64,000 nucleotides of DNA from an uncultured Clostridia bacterium (GCA_964482715.1 CAYZYX010000001.1:5398-69397); one strand, 5' to 3'; counted from the stretch's first letter, positions 48,941-62,981 are shown. Notes: a model not told the origin generated them from the sequence alone. Translations and numbers: made by a program.

Positions 48941-49635
48941 TTTTTACTCTCGCAAAATCTGACTATAGATTCAAAAATAAGTCTTCCGTCTTCTGAACCA
49001 AGAATTGGTTCTGCACAGCGCTCAGGATGGGGCATCATGCCAAGAATATTTCTCTCTTTATTGCATATTCCAGCAATTGCCTCAATAGAACCATTAGGAT
49101 TGTCCTCATCGGTAATTTTACCCTCCTTGTTACAATATCTAAATACTATTTGATTGTTAGCCTTTAACTGACGGAGACTCTCTGGATCCACATAATAGTT
49201 TCCATCAAAGTGAGCAACTGGAATCCGAAGGACCTGGCCTTTTCTGCACATCCGGGTGAAGGGAGTTTCTGTATTTTCAACTTTTACATAGACATACCGG
49301 CATACAAACAGGAGATTTCTGTTTTTTTTCATAGCCCCTGGAAGAAGGCCCGCTTCCAGCAAAATCTGAAAACCATTACATATCCCTATAACAAGTCCTC
49401 CTTTTTGAGCAAATCTTATAACTTCCTGCATGATGGGACTGAATCTGGCAATAGCTCCAGGACGAAGATAATCACCGTAGGAAAACCCTCCCGGTAAAAT
49501 TAGACAATCATAACCGGTAGCTTTTTTTTCTTTATGCCATACAAAATCAACCTTTTTACCCAAAACCTCCCTTATTACCCAGTAACAATCCTGGTCACAA
49601 TTGGAGCCGGGAAAAACTATTACCCCGAATTTCAC
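48937..49635 (-). CDS. purQ: Phosphoribosylformylglycinamidine synthase subunit PurQ (glutaminase)
   Basis: Class I GATase with GICNGFQ and the HPE catalytic His. Confidence 0.9.
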   Translation of the reverse strand: MKFGVIVFPGSNCDQDCYWVIREVLGKKVDFVWHKEKKATGYDCLILPGGFSYGDYLRPGAIARFSPIMQEVIRFAQKGGLVIGICNGFQILLEAGLLPGAMKKNRNLLFVCRYVYVKVENTETPFTRMCRKGQVLRIPVAHFDGNYYVDPESLRQLKANNQIVFRYCNKEGKITDEDNPNGSIEAIAGICNKERNILGMMPHPERCAEPILGSEDGRLIFESIVRFCESKK

Positions 49636-49883
49636 TGCATCTCCTCAACTTTATATTCAAAATTTTCAATTACCGGGTTAACGAGAATTTTTTTACACAT
49701 GTCCTCAATTTGATGTCTCAGTTTTTCTTCATCTTTAAGATTTAAATTTAGTTCCAGATATTTTCCAGTTCGAACCCTCTCTACTCCAGAATAACCAAGG
49801 GAATCAAGAGCATGCTTAATGGTTGCTCCCTGAGGGTCAGCCACTCCTTCTTTTAAAGTAATGTAAATTTTAACTTTAAACAT
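49632..49883 (-). CDS. purS: Phosphoribosylformylglycinamidine synthase subunit PurS
   Basis: 83 aa; VADPQGATI motif; position upstream of purQ-purL. Confidence 0.85.
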   Translation of the reverse strand: MFKVKIYITLKEGVADPQGATIKHALDSLGYSGVERVRTGKYLELNLNLKDEEKLRHQIEDMCKKILVNPVIENFEYKVEEMQ

Positions 49884-49886
49884 CTA

Positions 49887-51437
49887 TTACTCCCATTCAA
49901 TAGTACTTGGTGGTTTGGAACTTATGTCATAAACCACTCGATTTACTCCTTTTACTTCATTGATAATTCGGCGTGAAATTCTGTCCAGAAGCCCATAGGG
50001 AAGCCTTGCCCAATCAGCAGTCATACCATCCCGACTGGTGACTGCTCTCAAGACAATTGTGTATTCATACGTTCTTTTATCACCCATAACCCCTACACTC
50101 CTAACTGGCAAAAGCACAGCGAATGATTGCCATATCCGGGATATTTCCTCGTAGGAACTCATTTCTTCATTAACAATATGGTCAGCCTGACGAAGAATAT
50201 GCAATCTGCGAGGGGTAATTTCCCCCACAATTCTCACTGCAAGCCCTGGTCCCGGGAAAGGTTGGCGGTTTACAATTCTCTCGGGGAGACCAAGTTCTCT
50301 TCCCACCATTCTTACTTCATCTTTAAACAGGTCACGTAGAGGCTCCAGGAGCTTCAATTTCATGGTTTGAGGAAGTCCCCCAACGTTGTGGTGTGATTTT
50401 ATGGTAGCTGATGGTCCCCCTTTGGCTGAGCGTGATTCAATAACATCAGGATACAGGGTCCCCTGAGCTAAAAAATCAATTTTTCCCAATCTTCTTGCCT
50501 CTTCGGTGAAAATTTCTATGAATTTTTCACCAATGATTTTTCTTTTTCTTTCAGGATCTTTTACCCCTTTCAGTGCCTGCAAAAACCTCTTTTCTGCATT
50601 TACATAATTTAAATTAAGATGAAAGTGATCTCTGAAGGTATCAAGCACATCCTCCACTTCTCCTTCTCTTAGAAGACCGTTGTTAACAAAGATACAGGTT
50701 AACCTATCTCCAATAGCCCTGTGGACAAGCATCGCCGTAACCGAAGAGTCCACTCCTCCCGAAAGAGCACAGATTACCCTGCCTTTTCCTACTTTTTTCC
50801 TGATTTTCTCTACTGTATAGTCGATAAAAGAACTCATGGTCCAGCTACCGGATAATCGGCAAATTCTGAAAAGGAAATTTTGAATAATTTCTTTTCCCTG
50901 AGGAGTGTGTGCCACTTCAGGATGAAACTGAACTCCGTAAAGTTTACCTTTCTTTTCCCTTACAGCAGCATAAAGACAGTTCTCCGTTGAGGCCAGTGTT
51001 TCAAAATTTTGGGGAAGTTTTACCACTTCATCTCCATGGCTCATCCAGACCATAATTTTATCGGGAAGCCGGTAAAAAAGGTCCTGGTGATTTTTGATTT
51101 CAAGCTCACTTGCTCCATATTCCCTTTTTTTACTGGGGACAACTTTGCCTCCCAGGATATGAACCATGGCTTGCATACCATAACAGATACCAAGGACCGG
51201 TATGCCCAGCTTGAAAAGTTCAGGATTGGGAAGAGGTGCACCTTCTTCAAACACACTTGCAGGCCCCCCGGACAGAACAATAGCTCGAGGATTTAAACTT
51301 TTTATTTGAGAAATTGAAGTGTGGCAGGGAAGTAGTTGACAGTAAACGCGCATCTCTCTTATTCTTCTCAGGATAAGCTGATTATACTGAGAACCAAAAT
51401 CAAGTATAACTACTGTTTCACCATAAGGTTTAGGCAT
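49887..51437 (-). CDS. guaA: GMP synthase (glutamine-hydrolysing)
   Basis: N-terminal GATase, ATP-PPase SGGVDSS motif, C-terminal dimerisation domain ending ...PPSTIEWE. Confidence 0.95.
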   Translation of the reverse strand: MPKPYGETVVILDFGSQYNQLILRRIREMRVYCQLLPCHTSISQIKSLNPRAIVLSGGPASVFEEGAPLPNPELFKLGIPVLGICYGMQAMVHILGGKVVPSKKREYGASELEIKNHQDLFYRLPDKIMVWMSHGDEVVKLPQNFETLASTENCLYAAVREKKGKLYGVQFHPEVAHTPQGKEIIQNFLFRICRLSGSWTMSSFIDYTVEKIRKKVGKGRVICALSGGVDSSVTAMLVHRAIGDRLTCIFVNNGLLREGEVEDVLDTFRDHFHLNLNYVNAEKRFLQALKGVKDPERKRKIIGEKFIEIFTEEARRLGKIDFLAQGTLYPDVIESRSAKGGPSATIKSHHNVGGLPQTMKLKLLEPLRDLFKDEVRMVGRELGLPERIVNRQPFPGPGLAVRIVGEITPRRLHILRQADHIVNEEMSSYEEISRIWQSFAVLLPVRSVGVMGDKRTYEYTIVLRAVTSRDGMTADWARLPYGLLDRISRRIINEVKGVNRVVYDISSKPPSTIEWE

Positions 51438-51441
51438 TTTT

Positions 51442-52062
51442 TTATTTTACCATGTCCTTAAATTTCTTCAGTATAGCTAATCCTGTGCTCTGGGATTTTT
51501 CCGGGTGAAATTGGCAGGCAAATATATTTTCTTTCCATATGCTGGAAGCAAACTCTACTCCATATTCGGTTGTGGTGGCCACAACATTTTCCTCTGGAAC
51601 AACATAGTATGAATGGACAAAGTATAAATAAGCTCCCCGGGGTGTATCCTCGAGCAAGAGAGCTTTTTTTAAGATCTTTATGCTATTCCATCCCATATGC
51701 GGAATTTTGAGTCCCCGGATTTTTGGAAAATGGACAACTTTTCCCCTTACGATATTTAGACCCGGAGTCATACCAAATTCCTCACTTTGAGTAAATAAAA
51801 TCTGCATACCCAAACATATCCCCAGAAAGGGTTTTCCGGAGAAAATAAACTCCTTAATAGGTTCAACTAAGCCCAATTTTTTCAGGTTAATTATGCAATC
51901 TCTGAAAGAGCCCACTCCCGGCAAAACAAGTCCTCTTGCTCTTTCAATCAGCGTGGAGGAATTTCCCACTGTAACATCAGCTCCAACTTTTTTTAAAGCC
52001 CTTTCCACACTACCGAGATTACCAAGTCCGTAGTCAACTATTACTATTTTTGAGGCTCCCAT
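51442..52062 (-). CDS. hisH: Imidazole glycerol phosphate synthase glutaminase subunit HisH-like
   Basis: Class I GATase triad context (GICLGMQ, HPE); HisH-like length and N-terminus ([13 protein letters not shown]). Confidence 0.75.
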   Translation of the reverse strand: MGASKIVIVDYGLGNLGSVERALKKVGADVTVGNSSTLIERARGLVLPGVGSFRDCIINLKKLGLVEPIKEFIFSGKPFLGICLGMQILFTQSEEFGMTPGLNIVRGKVVHFPKIRGLKIPHMGWNSIKILKKALLLEDTPRGAYLYFVHSYYVVPEENVVATTTEYGVEFASSIWKENIFACQFHPEKSQSTGLAILKKFKDMVK

Positions 52063-52065
52063 TTC

Positions 52066-52794
52066 CTATCCTGTCTTATCCTGACTTTTTTGCTTACCCT
52101 GACAGGCCCTGACACATATACCACAGATGTAATGAGGAATATTCCATTCTTTTCTGAACTTTTTAAGCTGCTCAAAACAGGCAAGATGATCAAAATTTTC
52201 TTTCTTCTCTTTAATTGCCCCTGCCGGACATATATTAAGACATTTTGTGCAATTGCCACAGTCTTGAAGAAGTGGTTTATCAACCAGAAGAGGTATATCG
52301 GTTAAGACGGTTACCAATCTTACTCTTGCTCCCCATTCAGGAGTGACAAGAAGGTTGTTTCTTCCAATCCATCCCAGCCCTGCCATAGAGGCTACCAATT
52401 TGTGAGAAAGATGTGCCCGTTGATTTTCCCAATCAACAACCTGAGAGGCAGGTATGGGAAGAGCTTTATAACCAAGCTGACCAATGAAGCCAGACAGTAA
52501 AAGAGCGATTCTATCAAGTAAGTAGTTAACCTGACGGTAGTGATGAAGGTAGAGCTTAGTGGGATGGTCCACTATTGTGTCGATCACTTTATCGGAGAGT
52601 CTCACCCCTATGGAAATAGCAAAAGTAAGGTCAGCAATTTCCTGAGGGAAGATTTCTGTGAGAGAATGATCCAGATTATCACAGCGGGTGACTCCGAAAA
52701 GAGAAGCACCTTCAGATAGTGCCAGCTCTTTTAATCTTTTGTAATTTTCTTGTTCCATGAGTCCTACAATAAGGTTAAGATAAGATCTACACAT
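52066..52794 (-). CDS. QueG-like epoxyqueuosine reductase family protein (short form, lacks C-terminal domain)
   Basis: GLGWIGRNNLLVTPEWGARVRLVTVLTDIPL and the ferredoxin motif CGNCTKCLNICPAGAI match the QueG core; a second Cys cluster CGICVRAC. Only 242 aa. Confidence 0.5.
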   Translation of the reverse strand: MCRSYLNLIVGLMEQENYKRLKELALSEGASLFGVTRCDNLDHSLTEIFPQEIADLTFAISIGVRLSDKVIDTIVDHPTKLYLHHYRQVNYLLDRIALLLSGFIGQLGYKALPIPASQVVDWENQRAHLSHKLVASMAGLGWIGRNNLLVTPEWGARVRLVTVLTDIPLLVDKPLLQDCGNCTKCLNICPAGAIKEKKENFDHLACFEQLKKFRKEWNIPHYICGICVRACQGKQKSQDKTG

Positions 52795-52898
52795 TATATT
52801 AAGATGAGTGGATAAGTCAAACCAACCCCGAAAATTAAAAGTTGCAACATCAAAATGAAATGGTATAATAGTAGCCAGTTTTAAAAAAGGAGTAATAA

Positions 52899-54770
52899 AT
52901 GTTTTTGCAAAATCTAAGAAAGAGCGTAAAGCCGGTAGTGTGGATAATAGCTATAGGGTTTGTGGTCTCCCTGTTTTTCACCTATGGAAGGTTCACCTCT
53001 CGAGGTGGGGGAGAAAAGCCCTTACTTGAGGTTAACGGGGAAAAAATCTCCTATCTGGATTTTCTTCAGGCTTACCGATCTGCCTACGAAAGTGTAGTGC
53101 GGAATACGGGAGAAAGTCTGTCTCCTGAGATGGAAGCCTATCTTAGAAGTCAGATCCTTTCTGATCTTTTGAGCAACAGGCTTTTGTACCATGAAGCTAA
53201 AAGAGCCAAAATAAAGGTGAGCGATGAAGAAGTGGCCGATCAAATGGCAAAAATTATGAAAAATTTTGGTTCCCGGGAGAATTTTTTGAGATATCTTCAA
53301 TATCAGGGGATCAAGTACGCTGATTTTGAAGAAGAAGTACGAAGGCAGATAGCTATTTCCCGTTTAACTCAAATGATAAAAGACAGTGTAGTACTCACAG
53401 ATGAAGAGGTTAAAAGTTACTGGATAGCAGAAAATGAAAGTTTAGATCTTGCCTATCTTTTTTTAGACCCTGAAAAATACGCCTCTGACATAAAGGTAGA
53501 TGCCGGGGAAGCCAAAAAATTTTATGAAGATAATAAGGAAGACTTTAGAGTACCAGAAAAAGTAAAAGTAACATATGTACTTATCTCGCCTGAAGAGTTT
53601 GAGAAGGAGGTTAAAATAACCGAAGAAGAAATAAAAAACTATTATGAACAGCACCCGGATGAATTCAAAGTGGAAGAAAAGAGAAGGGCAAGTCATATTC
53701 TGATAAGTGTTCCCCTGGATGCCACCGAGGAGCAGAAAGAGAAAGCTCGAAAAAAATTGCAGGAGATAAAAGAAAAACTGCAGAAAGAAGATGATTTTTC
53801 TAAGCTGGCCAGAGAATATTCGGATGACAAAGCTTCAGCACAAAAGGGGGGAGACTTAGGATTCTTTGCCTATTCTGATATGACCCCGGAGTTCAGTAAG
53901 GCAGTATTTTCCATGAAAAAAACAGGCGAGATAAGTGATATTGTAGAAACCCCCTATGGATTTCATCTGATAAAACTGACCGGTATTGAGCCTGCTCGCA
54001 AGAAAAGCCTTAAAGAGGTGAAAAATGATATCCAGCAGATATTACTTGAACAAAAAACCGGGGATCTTGCTCTTGAGGAAATAAAAAAAGTGAGGGATCA
54101 AATTGAGAAGGGAAAGTTAACCTTTGAGAAATACGCCAGAGAACATCCGGAAAGAGTAAAATTTCCTTCACCCTTTTCCCGTTATGAGAAAATTGAGGGG
54201 CTATCCTGGAATTCCCAGCTTAATAAGATTGCCTTTTCTCTTGATCCGGGAAAATTAAGTTCCATCTTGAAAGTGGCTGAGGGCTACTTAATCATGATGG
54301 TGGAGGAGAAAAAACCTTCCTATATTCCACCCTGGGATGAAGTGAAAGAAGAAGCGATGGATAAACTGGCCAGAGAAAAGGCCAAAAAAATTACAGCTCA
54401 GAGAGCTCAGGATATCCTTAAAGAGATTAAAGAGAACAAGAAAAAGCTTTCCGATTTTGCTCAGGAATGGGAGTATCAGGTTTTAAATTCTATAACAAGA
54501 AGTCAGTGGTTAAAGGGTATTACAGGAGAAGATAGAGAAAAATTTATCAGGGTGGCCTTTTCCCTCACTGAAGGAGAGGTGAGTAATCCTGTTTTTCTCT
54601 CTCAGGGTTACTACATTATCCAGGTCTTTAAGAGACAGATTCCTCTGGAAAAATTTGAGCAAGAAAAACAGGAGTTTCGAAAGAAACTCCTGGCAAGAAA
54701 ACAAGAAGAAGCTCTCTCCACCTGGTTTAGAGAAGTAAGGGAAAAGGCAAAGATTGTGGACAATACTTCT

Positions 54771-54794
<24 letters not shown>
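52899..54794 (+). CDS. ppiD: Periplasmic chaperone / peptidyl-prolyl isomerase PpiD (SurA-like, parvulin domain)
   Basis: N-terminal TM anchor, SurA-like chaperone region, parvulin rotamase motif (ASHILI...GGDLGFF...GFHLIKL). Confidence 0.75.
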
Positions 54795-57283
<2,489 letters not shown>

Positions 57284-57505
57284 CTTAACCTCTTTACTTT
57301 TTCTATTTTTTTGCAAATTATAAGATTATAGGTAAAACAAAAAGGGTCAAGGGGTATCACTCTGAGAAGAAGAGGGAACCTGTAAGAGGAGATATAAGTA
57401 AAAATATCCAATATCAGGTATCATCAAGAAGGAAGCTGAGGAGCCATCACCCTTGACACTATTTTGTAGTGTGGTAGTCTTAGGGTATCCACAAGGAAAG
57501 GTAAA

Positions 57506-59212
57506 ATGGCAAAAGTAACAAGGATGAGTCTCAGAGAAGTTTTGCTTCGAGAGAGATTTATCACTGAGGAAGATTTAAAGAAGGCGGAGCGGTATCAAAA
57601 GCAAAATGGCGTAAGTCTGGCTGATGCCCTCATAAAGATGGGTGTTATCAATGAAGAGCAGCTTGTTATTGGACTTGCCAAACAACTTGGGATCCCACAT
57701 GTAAAACTCAGCAATTACAAACTCGATCCTGAAGTTATGGAAACTATCCCTGAGGAAATTATCCGTAAAGAAAAAATAATTCCTCTGGCAAAATCGGGAA
57801 ATATTTTAACCATCGCTACAGCCGACCCTTTAAATGTTTTGCTTATTGACGCTCTAAGAGCCAGAACAGGTTACAATATTCAGACAATAGTTGCTACCCC
57901 CACTGAGATTGAGAAAGTGATCGCCGATTATTTTTCTACCAAGGCTGAAAAAAGTATCAGCAGTCTTATTGAACAATCGGGTGATAATCTGACAGTTCTG
58001 GAAGGGGAAGAAACAGTAAATCTTGACGCACTCCTGCAGGAAGCAGAGCAAGCGCCAATTATAAAAATGGTCAATATGCTTCTTTCTCGAGGCATAAGGG
58101 AGAGGGCAAGTGATATTCATTTAGAGCCTTTTGAAGATAAAGTACGAGTCCGATATAGAATTGATGGTATTTTATATCCTGCAATGAACCTGCCCAAGAG
58201 AGTCCAAAATGCCATAGTTTCCCGTATAAAGATTCTTTCCGAGATGGACATTGCCGAACGTCGTCTTCCTCAGGATGGAAGATTCAGAGTGAGGGCTTAC
58301 AATCGAGATATTGATTTTAGAGTTTCCACAATTCCTACACGATTTGGAGAAAAAGTTGTTTTAAGACTTCTGGATAAAGCCCAACTTATGGGTTTAACCA
58401 TAGATAAACTGGGATTAGAAGAAGACGTTTTGAAAAAGTATCAGAGGGCTATAAAGCAGCCCTACGGGATGATCATTCTTACCGGTCCCACAAGCTGTGG
58501 TAAATCCACATCATTACATGCAGCTATAAGGGCCCTTAATACACCTGATAAAAATATATTAACTATTGAAGATCCAGTAGAATATGAACAGGAAGGGATA
58601 AATCAGGTTCAGGTGAATGAGGAAATCGGCTTGACCTTCTCTCGTGCTTTAAGAGCCTTCCTCCGCCAGGACCCGGACATAATAATGCTGGGTGAGATGA
58701 GGGATCTGGAAACCGCTGATATTGGAGTTAAGGCAGCCCTTACCGGTCATCTGGTTCTTACCACTTTGCACACCAATGATGCTCCCGGTGCAATAACGAG
58801 GCTTTTAAACATGGGAGTTGAGCCTTTCCTTGTTGCCGGCTCTCTCATTTTTGTTGGAGCCCAGCGTCTCATGCGCAGGATTTGCAAGGAATGTGCTGAG
58901 GCCTATACACCCCCTCCAGAGCTTTTAGAGCAACTTGAGGTGGACAAAGACCCTAAGTCTCTCACCTTCTACCGGGCAGTAGGTTGTGAGGCCTGTAACA
59001 ATACAGGTTATCGAGGGAGAATGGCTGTAATGGAGGCTTTAGAGGTGGATGAGGTAATAAGGGACTTGATAATAAAGAGAGCCTCCGATGTGGAGATAAG
59101 AAGAGTGGCTATAGAAAGAGGAATGGTCCCCTTAAGGAAGAATGCCCTGGCCAAGATTTTAAAAGGAGAGAGCACAGTTGAAGAATTGGGAAGAATAACA
59201 GGGACCATTTAA
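57506..59212 (+). CDS. pilB: Type IV pilus assembly ATPase PilB (GspE family)
   Basis: N-terminal T2SSE_N domain, Walker A GPTSCGKST, Asp/His boxes, tetra-Cys zinc motif CKEC...CEAC. Confidence 0.9.
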   Translation: MAKVTRMSLREVLLRERFITEEDLKKAERYQKQNGVSLADALIKMGVINEEQLVIGLAKQLGIPHVKLSNYKLDPEVMETIPEEIIRKEKIIPLAKSGNILTIATADPLNVLLIDALRARTGYNIQTIVATPTEIEKVIADYFSTKAEKSISSLIEQSGDNLTVLEGEETVNLDALLQEAEQAPIIKMVNMLLSRGIRERASDIHLEPFEDKVRVRYRIDGILYPAMNLPKRVQNAIVSRIKILSEMDIAERRLPQDGRFRVRAYNRDIDFRVSTIPTRFGEKVVLRLLDKAQLMGLTIDKLGLEEDVLKKYQRAIKQPYGMIILTGPTSCGKSTSLHAAIRALNTPDKNILTIEDPVEYEQEGINQVQVNEEIGLTFSRALRAFLRQDPDIIMLGEMRDLETADIGVKAALTGHLVLTTLHTNDAPGAITRLLNMGVEPFLVAGSLIFVGAQRLMRRICKECAEAYTPPPELLEQLEVDKDPKSLTFYRAVGCEACNNTGYRGRMAVMEALEVDEVIRDLIIKRASDVEIRRVAIERGMVPLRKNALAKILKGESTVEELGRITGTI

Positions 59213-59228
59213 AAGAGGGTGTTGGTAA

Positions 59229-60458
59229 ATGCCCACTTACAGTTACATAGCTCTGGACCCATCGGGTAAAAAGATCAAAGGGGAAGTGGAAGCGGAGGAT
59301 GAAAGAGATGTTGTTTCTCAACTTCGTCCTCGCCGGTTTACGATTATTTCCGTAAAAAGGAAATCAAAAGTTAGTGAGCTGGGTGGAAAGGAGCTTTCGC
59401 AGCTTTCCATTTTTTCTCCTCGAATAAAGGGGAGAGATATTATTATTGCTTTCCGACAAATGGCCACTCTTATCAATGCTGGACTTCCCATTGTTCAGTG
59501 TCTTGACATACTTATCCATCAGACGCCAAATCCTACGTTAAAAAAGGTTTTCATTCAAATTAAAGCTGATGTGGAAGCAGGAGTTTCTCTATCGGAAGCT
59601 CTGGCTAAAACCAAAAAGTTTCCTCCTCTCACCTATAACCTTATAAAAGCTGGTGAGACAGGGGGGGTGCTTGATGATCTCTTGCTCCGGCTGGCAAGTT
59701 ATCTTGAAGAGGCAGAAAGTATCAAGGAGAGAGTAAAGTCAGCCTTGAGGTATCCTCTTTTTGTTTTGTTTATGGCTGGAGGGCTGACCCTGGCATTACT
59801 TTTTTATGTTTTACCCAGAATGGAAGAGCTATTCCGGGAGGCATTTAAAGCGGATCTTCCTGCTTTTACTGCATTCATTCTTAATTTTTCCCGTTTATTG
59901 AGAGAAAAATTTTACATTGTTCCTGTAATTCTTGGCATTGTCCTGCTTGTTTACTTTATAATGAAAAAAACAGAAAAAGGTGCCTATCTGATAGATAGCT
60001 TAAAATTAAAAATACCTGTTCTGGGAAAACTTTTTCACCGGATTGCCCTATCAAGATTTACCCGCACCCTGGCTACTTTGACTGATAGTGGTGTTCCTAT
60101 ACTTGATGCTCTGGAGCTTACCGGGAAGGCGTCCGGAAATAAGGTCATTGAAAAGGCCACTGAAGAGGCGAGACAGGCATTGAGAGAAGGGGAAACCATT
60201 GCGGCACCCTTAAGGAAATATCCCATTTTTCCACCCCTTACCATAAGCATGATATCTGTTGGAGAAAGGACAGGGGCGCTTGATGATATGCTCAACAAGA
60301 TAGCTGATCTTTATGAGGATGAAGTCAAGAGGATGGTTGACTCTCTGACCAGTTTACTGGAACCTCTACTTATTGCATTCATGGGAGCTTCGGTGGGGAT
60401 AGTAGTAGTGGCAATGTACCTTCCCTATTTTACCATGTTTCAGCATATAGGTGGATAG
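59229..60458 (+). CDS. pilC: Type IV pilus inner-membrane platform protein PilC (GspF family)
   Basis: Two GspF repeats, three TM segments, conserved ...LLEPLLI... C-terminus. Confidence 0.85.
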   Translation: MPTYSYIALDPSGKKIKGEVEAEDERDVVSQLRPRRFTIISVKRKSKVSELGGKELSQLSIFSPRIKGRDIIIAFRQMATLINAGLPIVQCLDILIHQTPNPTLKKVFIQIKADVEAGVSLSEALAKTKKFPPLTYNLIKAGETGGVLDDLLLRLASYLEEAESIKERVKSALRYPLFVLFMAGGLTLALLFYVLPRMEELFREAFKADLPAFTAFILNFSRLLREKFYIVPVILGIVLLVYFIMKKTEKGAYLIDSLKLKIPVLGKLFHRIALSRFTRTLATLTDSGVPILDALELTGKASGNKVIEKATEEARQALREGETIAAPLRKYPIFPPLTISMISVGERTGALDDMLNKIADLYEDEVKRMVDSLTSLLEPLLIAFMGASVGIVVVAMYLPYFTMFQHIGG

Positions 60459-60468
60459 GAATCTATAG

Positions 60469-62817
60469 GTGGAAAAGAGAACCATAGAGTCCGGGTATTC
60501 TCCGGTCCTGTCTTTTATCCTTCGTTTTGGTCTTTTTGAGCTTCTCTTTCTTACCCCCCTTATCTTTTATGGTTGGGCAACCACTTTTTCCATGACCAAA
60601 GAAACCTTTGCAGAAATTTCATGTCTGGTACTTTTCTGCGGGATTATGATTAAGATAACAAAAAGGGAAATTGATTTGTCACTTGGCCTTTTTAGTTTGC
60701 CGGTAGCTATATTTGGCCTCTGGCTTTTGGCTTCTGTCAACTGGAGCCAGTCTTTATATCTTTCTCTTCAGAGACTGGGAGTGTGGGGGTCTTTTTTTCT
60801 TGTTTATTTTCTTTCCCGATGGGTGGCTGACGATGAAAAATGGGTTTTTTTACTTTTAACGGGAGCCCTTCTATCGGGCTTTCTGGCAGCGGCATACAGT
60901 ATCTGTCAGTTTTACGGGGTTGAACTTCCAATCTGGAGGCAAATTACTGGAAGGATGCGCATTTTTTCTACCTTTGGAAATCCAAATTATCTTGCCAGCT
61001 ATCTGGCAGGTGCAATTCCACTTTTAATATATTTTTTTCTTTATCACAAAAGATGGAGGATTTTTTACCTTGTGGCAATTGGCACTTTATATACAGGTCT
61101 TCTCATTACCTACACTCGAGGAGCCTGGGTAGCACTATTTCTCTCGGTGATACTGACCATTTTTTTGATTTTAATTTTTCAGGGGAAAAGTTTCTTTTCT
61201 CTTCATAAAATACCTCTTATTTTACTTTTAATCCTTGTTTTTTCTTTAACTTTTGTGTTTTCTATTCCCAATCCTCTAAATTTAAAGAAAAAAAGTGTTA
61301 TAGAGAGGGGAGCTTCGGTGCTTGAATTCACCTCATCGGCAACACAGCGTCTTTTGATCTGGCAGGTGGCAGTTCAGCTTATTAAAGAAAGACCTCTTTT
61401 TGGTTGGGGGATAGGCACATTTGGTCTTCATTATCCTGAGGCCCAGGGAGAATTTCTTTCCAGAGCTGGAAATAAAAATTATATTCCCCAGGCTAACAGG
61501 TCAATTCATGCTCATAATGATTATCTGGAGATCTGGGTGGAGACCGGGATAGTTGGAATTTTGCTCCTTTTGTGGGTGATAGGAAATTTTTATCGAAAAA
61601 TTTTTCTTTGTTTAAAGAAAACCACATCAGCCTCATTCTCAGCTTTTTTGATATTTATCACTGCCAGTATTAGCTGTTTTTTAATCCATGCTACAGTCAG
61701 CTTTCCCTTTCACATTGTGCAAAATGGGATGTTTTTCTGGCTTCTCATGGCCATATCGGGAAAAAAGATTGAAGAAAACTTGGGTTTGGATCAACACGAT
61801 CTTTTGAGATGGTGCAAGGGAAAGGAAGGCAAACCGGTTAGTTATCGGTTTAAAAAAGGATGGTTTTTACTTGGACTGGTTATAGTTTTTTCTTTTTATC
61901 TCGGTTTGTGGCGAATAAGAATATTTACATCTGATCTTCATGTAAAGCAGGCCGAGCTTTTAATGGATGCCGGGTTTTACCTGCCAGCTAAAGAGCAGCT
62001 TCTGGAGGCGGTAAAAATAAATCCCTATAATGCTCAAGCTTATGCTTATCTGACCAGAGCTTATATTTATCTTGGTAATTACCGTGAATTAATTGATATC
62101 TTTCCCGGGGCTTTAAAAGGCTGGAACACCCCCAATATTTATAATAATAAAGCCTTTGCTCTACTGAAGCTGGGGAAAATTAAGGAGGCAAGGGAAATTT
62201 TAGAGAGAGGTATATATCTTTATCCCAACTTTGCTCCTGGTTACATCAACCTGGGTTATATTTCTTTGCTTGAGGCTGAGGAGAAATTGAAAAAAAAGAA
62301 TTTTCCTGGAGCATTGGAAAATCTGGATAGGTCTTTACTGTCTTATGCTCAGGCAAAGATCTGGCAAAAAAATTTTGCTATTCCAGAGAGGCTATCATAC
62401 GACTTTTCAATGTGGAAAAGAGAAAAAGGATATATAGAGAAAAACGTCCAGATAAAGGAAATTTCACCTACCTTCCCTTTTTATGTTAAAGATAAAAGCT
62501 TTGTTTTTTTGCTTCCCCCGGTTGCCTGGCCGGAGGAATCTTTTCTGGTTAATGTGCTTGTTTTTGATAAAAAATCTGAAAGAAATCACATCCTCGAGCT
62601 AAAATTAGAGATTTCAAAAAAAGAAGGGGAGATTAAGTATCAAAGAAAAATTAACCTTCCGCAATTTTCTGAGAACCCTGTTATTGTTAGATTTATTTTT
62701 GAAAAGGGGCTTCCTGAGGGAAGCTACTATGCCCGGGTTAAATTACTTGAAAATGGAAAGGAGGTTGAGGGTAAGCAGTTAAATTTCAGCATAGCTCAAT
62801 TCCCGCTCCCAGAGTGA
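60469..62817 (+). CDS. O-antigen ligase family (Wzy_C) membrane protein with C-terminal TPR domain; candidate pilin O-oligosaccharyltransferase (PglL/TfpO-like)
   Basis: About 12 TM segments. Wzy_C signature motifs YTRGAWVAL and HAHNDYLEIWVETG (the H-N-x-Y-L-E periplasmic loop). C-terminal ~300 aa with TPR-like repeats. Sits between pilC and the pilin gene. Confidence 0.75.
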   Translation: MEKRTIESGYSPVLSFILRFGLFELLFLTPLIFYGWATTFSMTKETFAEISCLVLFCGIMIKITKREIDLSLGLFSLPVAIFGLWLLASVNWSQSLYLSLQRLGVWGSFFLVYFLSRWVADDEKWVFLLLTGALLSGFLAAAYSICQFYGVELPIWRQITGRMRIFSTFGNPNYLASYLAGAIPLLIYFFLYHKRWRIFYLVAIGTLYTGLLITYTRGAWVALFLSVILTIFLILIFQGKSFFSLHKIPLILLLILVFSLTFVFSIPNPLNLKKKSVIERGASVLEFTSSATQRLLIWQVAVQLIKERPLFGWGIGTFGLHYPEAQGEFLSRAGNKNYIPQANRSIHAHNDYLEIWVETGIVGILLLLWVIGNFYRKIFLCLKKTTSASFSAFLIFITASISCFLIHATVSFPFHIVQNGMFFWLLMAISGKKIEENLGLDQHDLLRWCKGKEGKPVSYRFKKGWFLLGLVIVFSFYLGLWRIRIFTSDLHVKQAELLMDAGFYLPAKEQLLEAVKINPYNAQAYAYLTRAYIYLGNYRELIDIFPGALKGWNTPNIYNNKAFALLKLGKIKEAREILERGIYLYPNFAPGYINLGYISLLEAEEKLKKKNFPGALENLDRSLLSYAQAKIWQKNFAIPERLSYDFSMWKREKGYIEKNVQIKEISPTFPFYVKDKSFVFLLPPVAWPEESFLVNVLVFDKKSERNHILELKLEISKKEGEIKYQRKINLPQFSENPVIVRFIFEKGLPEGSYYARVKLLENGKEVEGKQLNFSIAQFPLPE

Positions 62818-62835
62818 GTTTCCCAGAATAGGAGG

Positions 62836-62863
62836 TTGACAGTATTTTTTTATTTTTTACAAT
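62836..62863 (+). promoter_or_regulatory. Sigma70-like promoter TTGACA-16-TACAAT driving the riboswitch-pilin transcript
   Basis: TTGACA 62836-62841, 16 nt AT-rich spacer, TACAAT 62858-62863. Confidence 0.5.
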
Positions 62864-62884
62864 ATAATGGTTTTACAATCCGGT

Positions 62885-62980
62885 AAAGTGGAGCCGAAAG
62901 GGCACACTATCCGAAAGGATAGGTCGCAAAGGCACAGGCCCCTCAGGGGTAGCTGGCCTGCCGAAGCTCTTTGGCATAGA
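62885..62980 (+). promoter_or_regulatory. Putative c-di-GMP-I (GEMM) riboswitch aptamer in the pilin 5' leader
   Basis: AGGGCACACUAUCCGAAAGGAUAGGUCGCAAAGGCACAGGCC aligns with the Vibrio Vc2 aptamer GGGCAAACCAUUCGAAAGAGUGGGACGCAAAGCCUCCGGCC as recalled from memory. That gives a perfect 6-bp P2 helix capped by a GAAA tetraloop, the conserved ACGCAAAG junction, and a long P3 hairpin (GGCA-GGCC...GGCC-TGCC). Confidence 0.6.
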
Positions 62981-62981
62981 A

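Noticed and set aside
57453-57481. TTGACA box upstream of pilB
   Set aside because: The matching -10 candidates at 16-17 nt (TAGTCT, AGTCTT) are poor. Promoter not called, although the -35 hexamer is exact.
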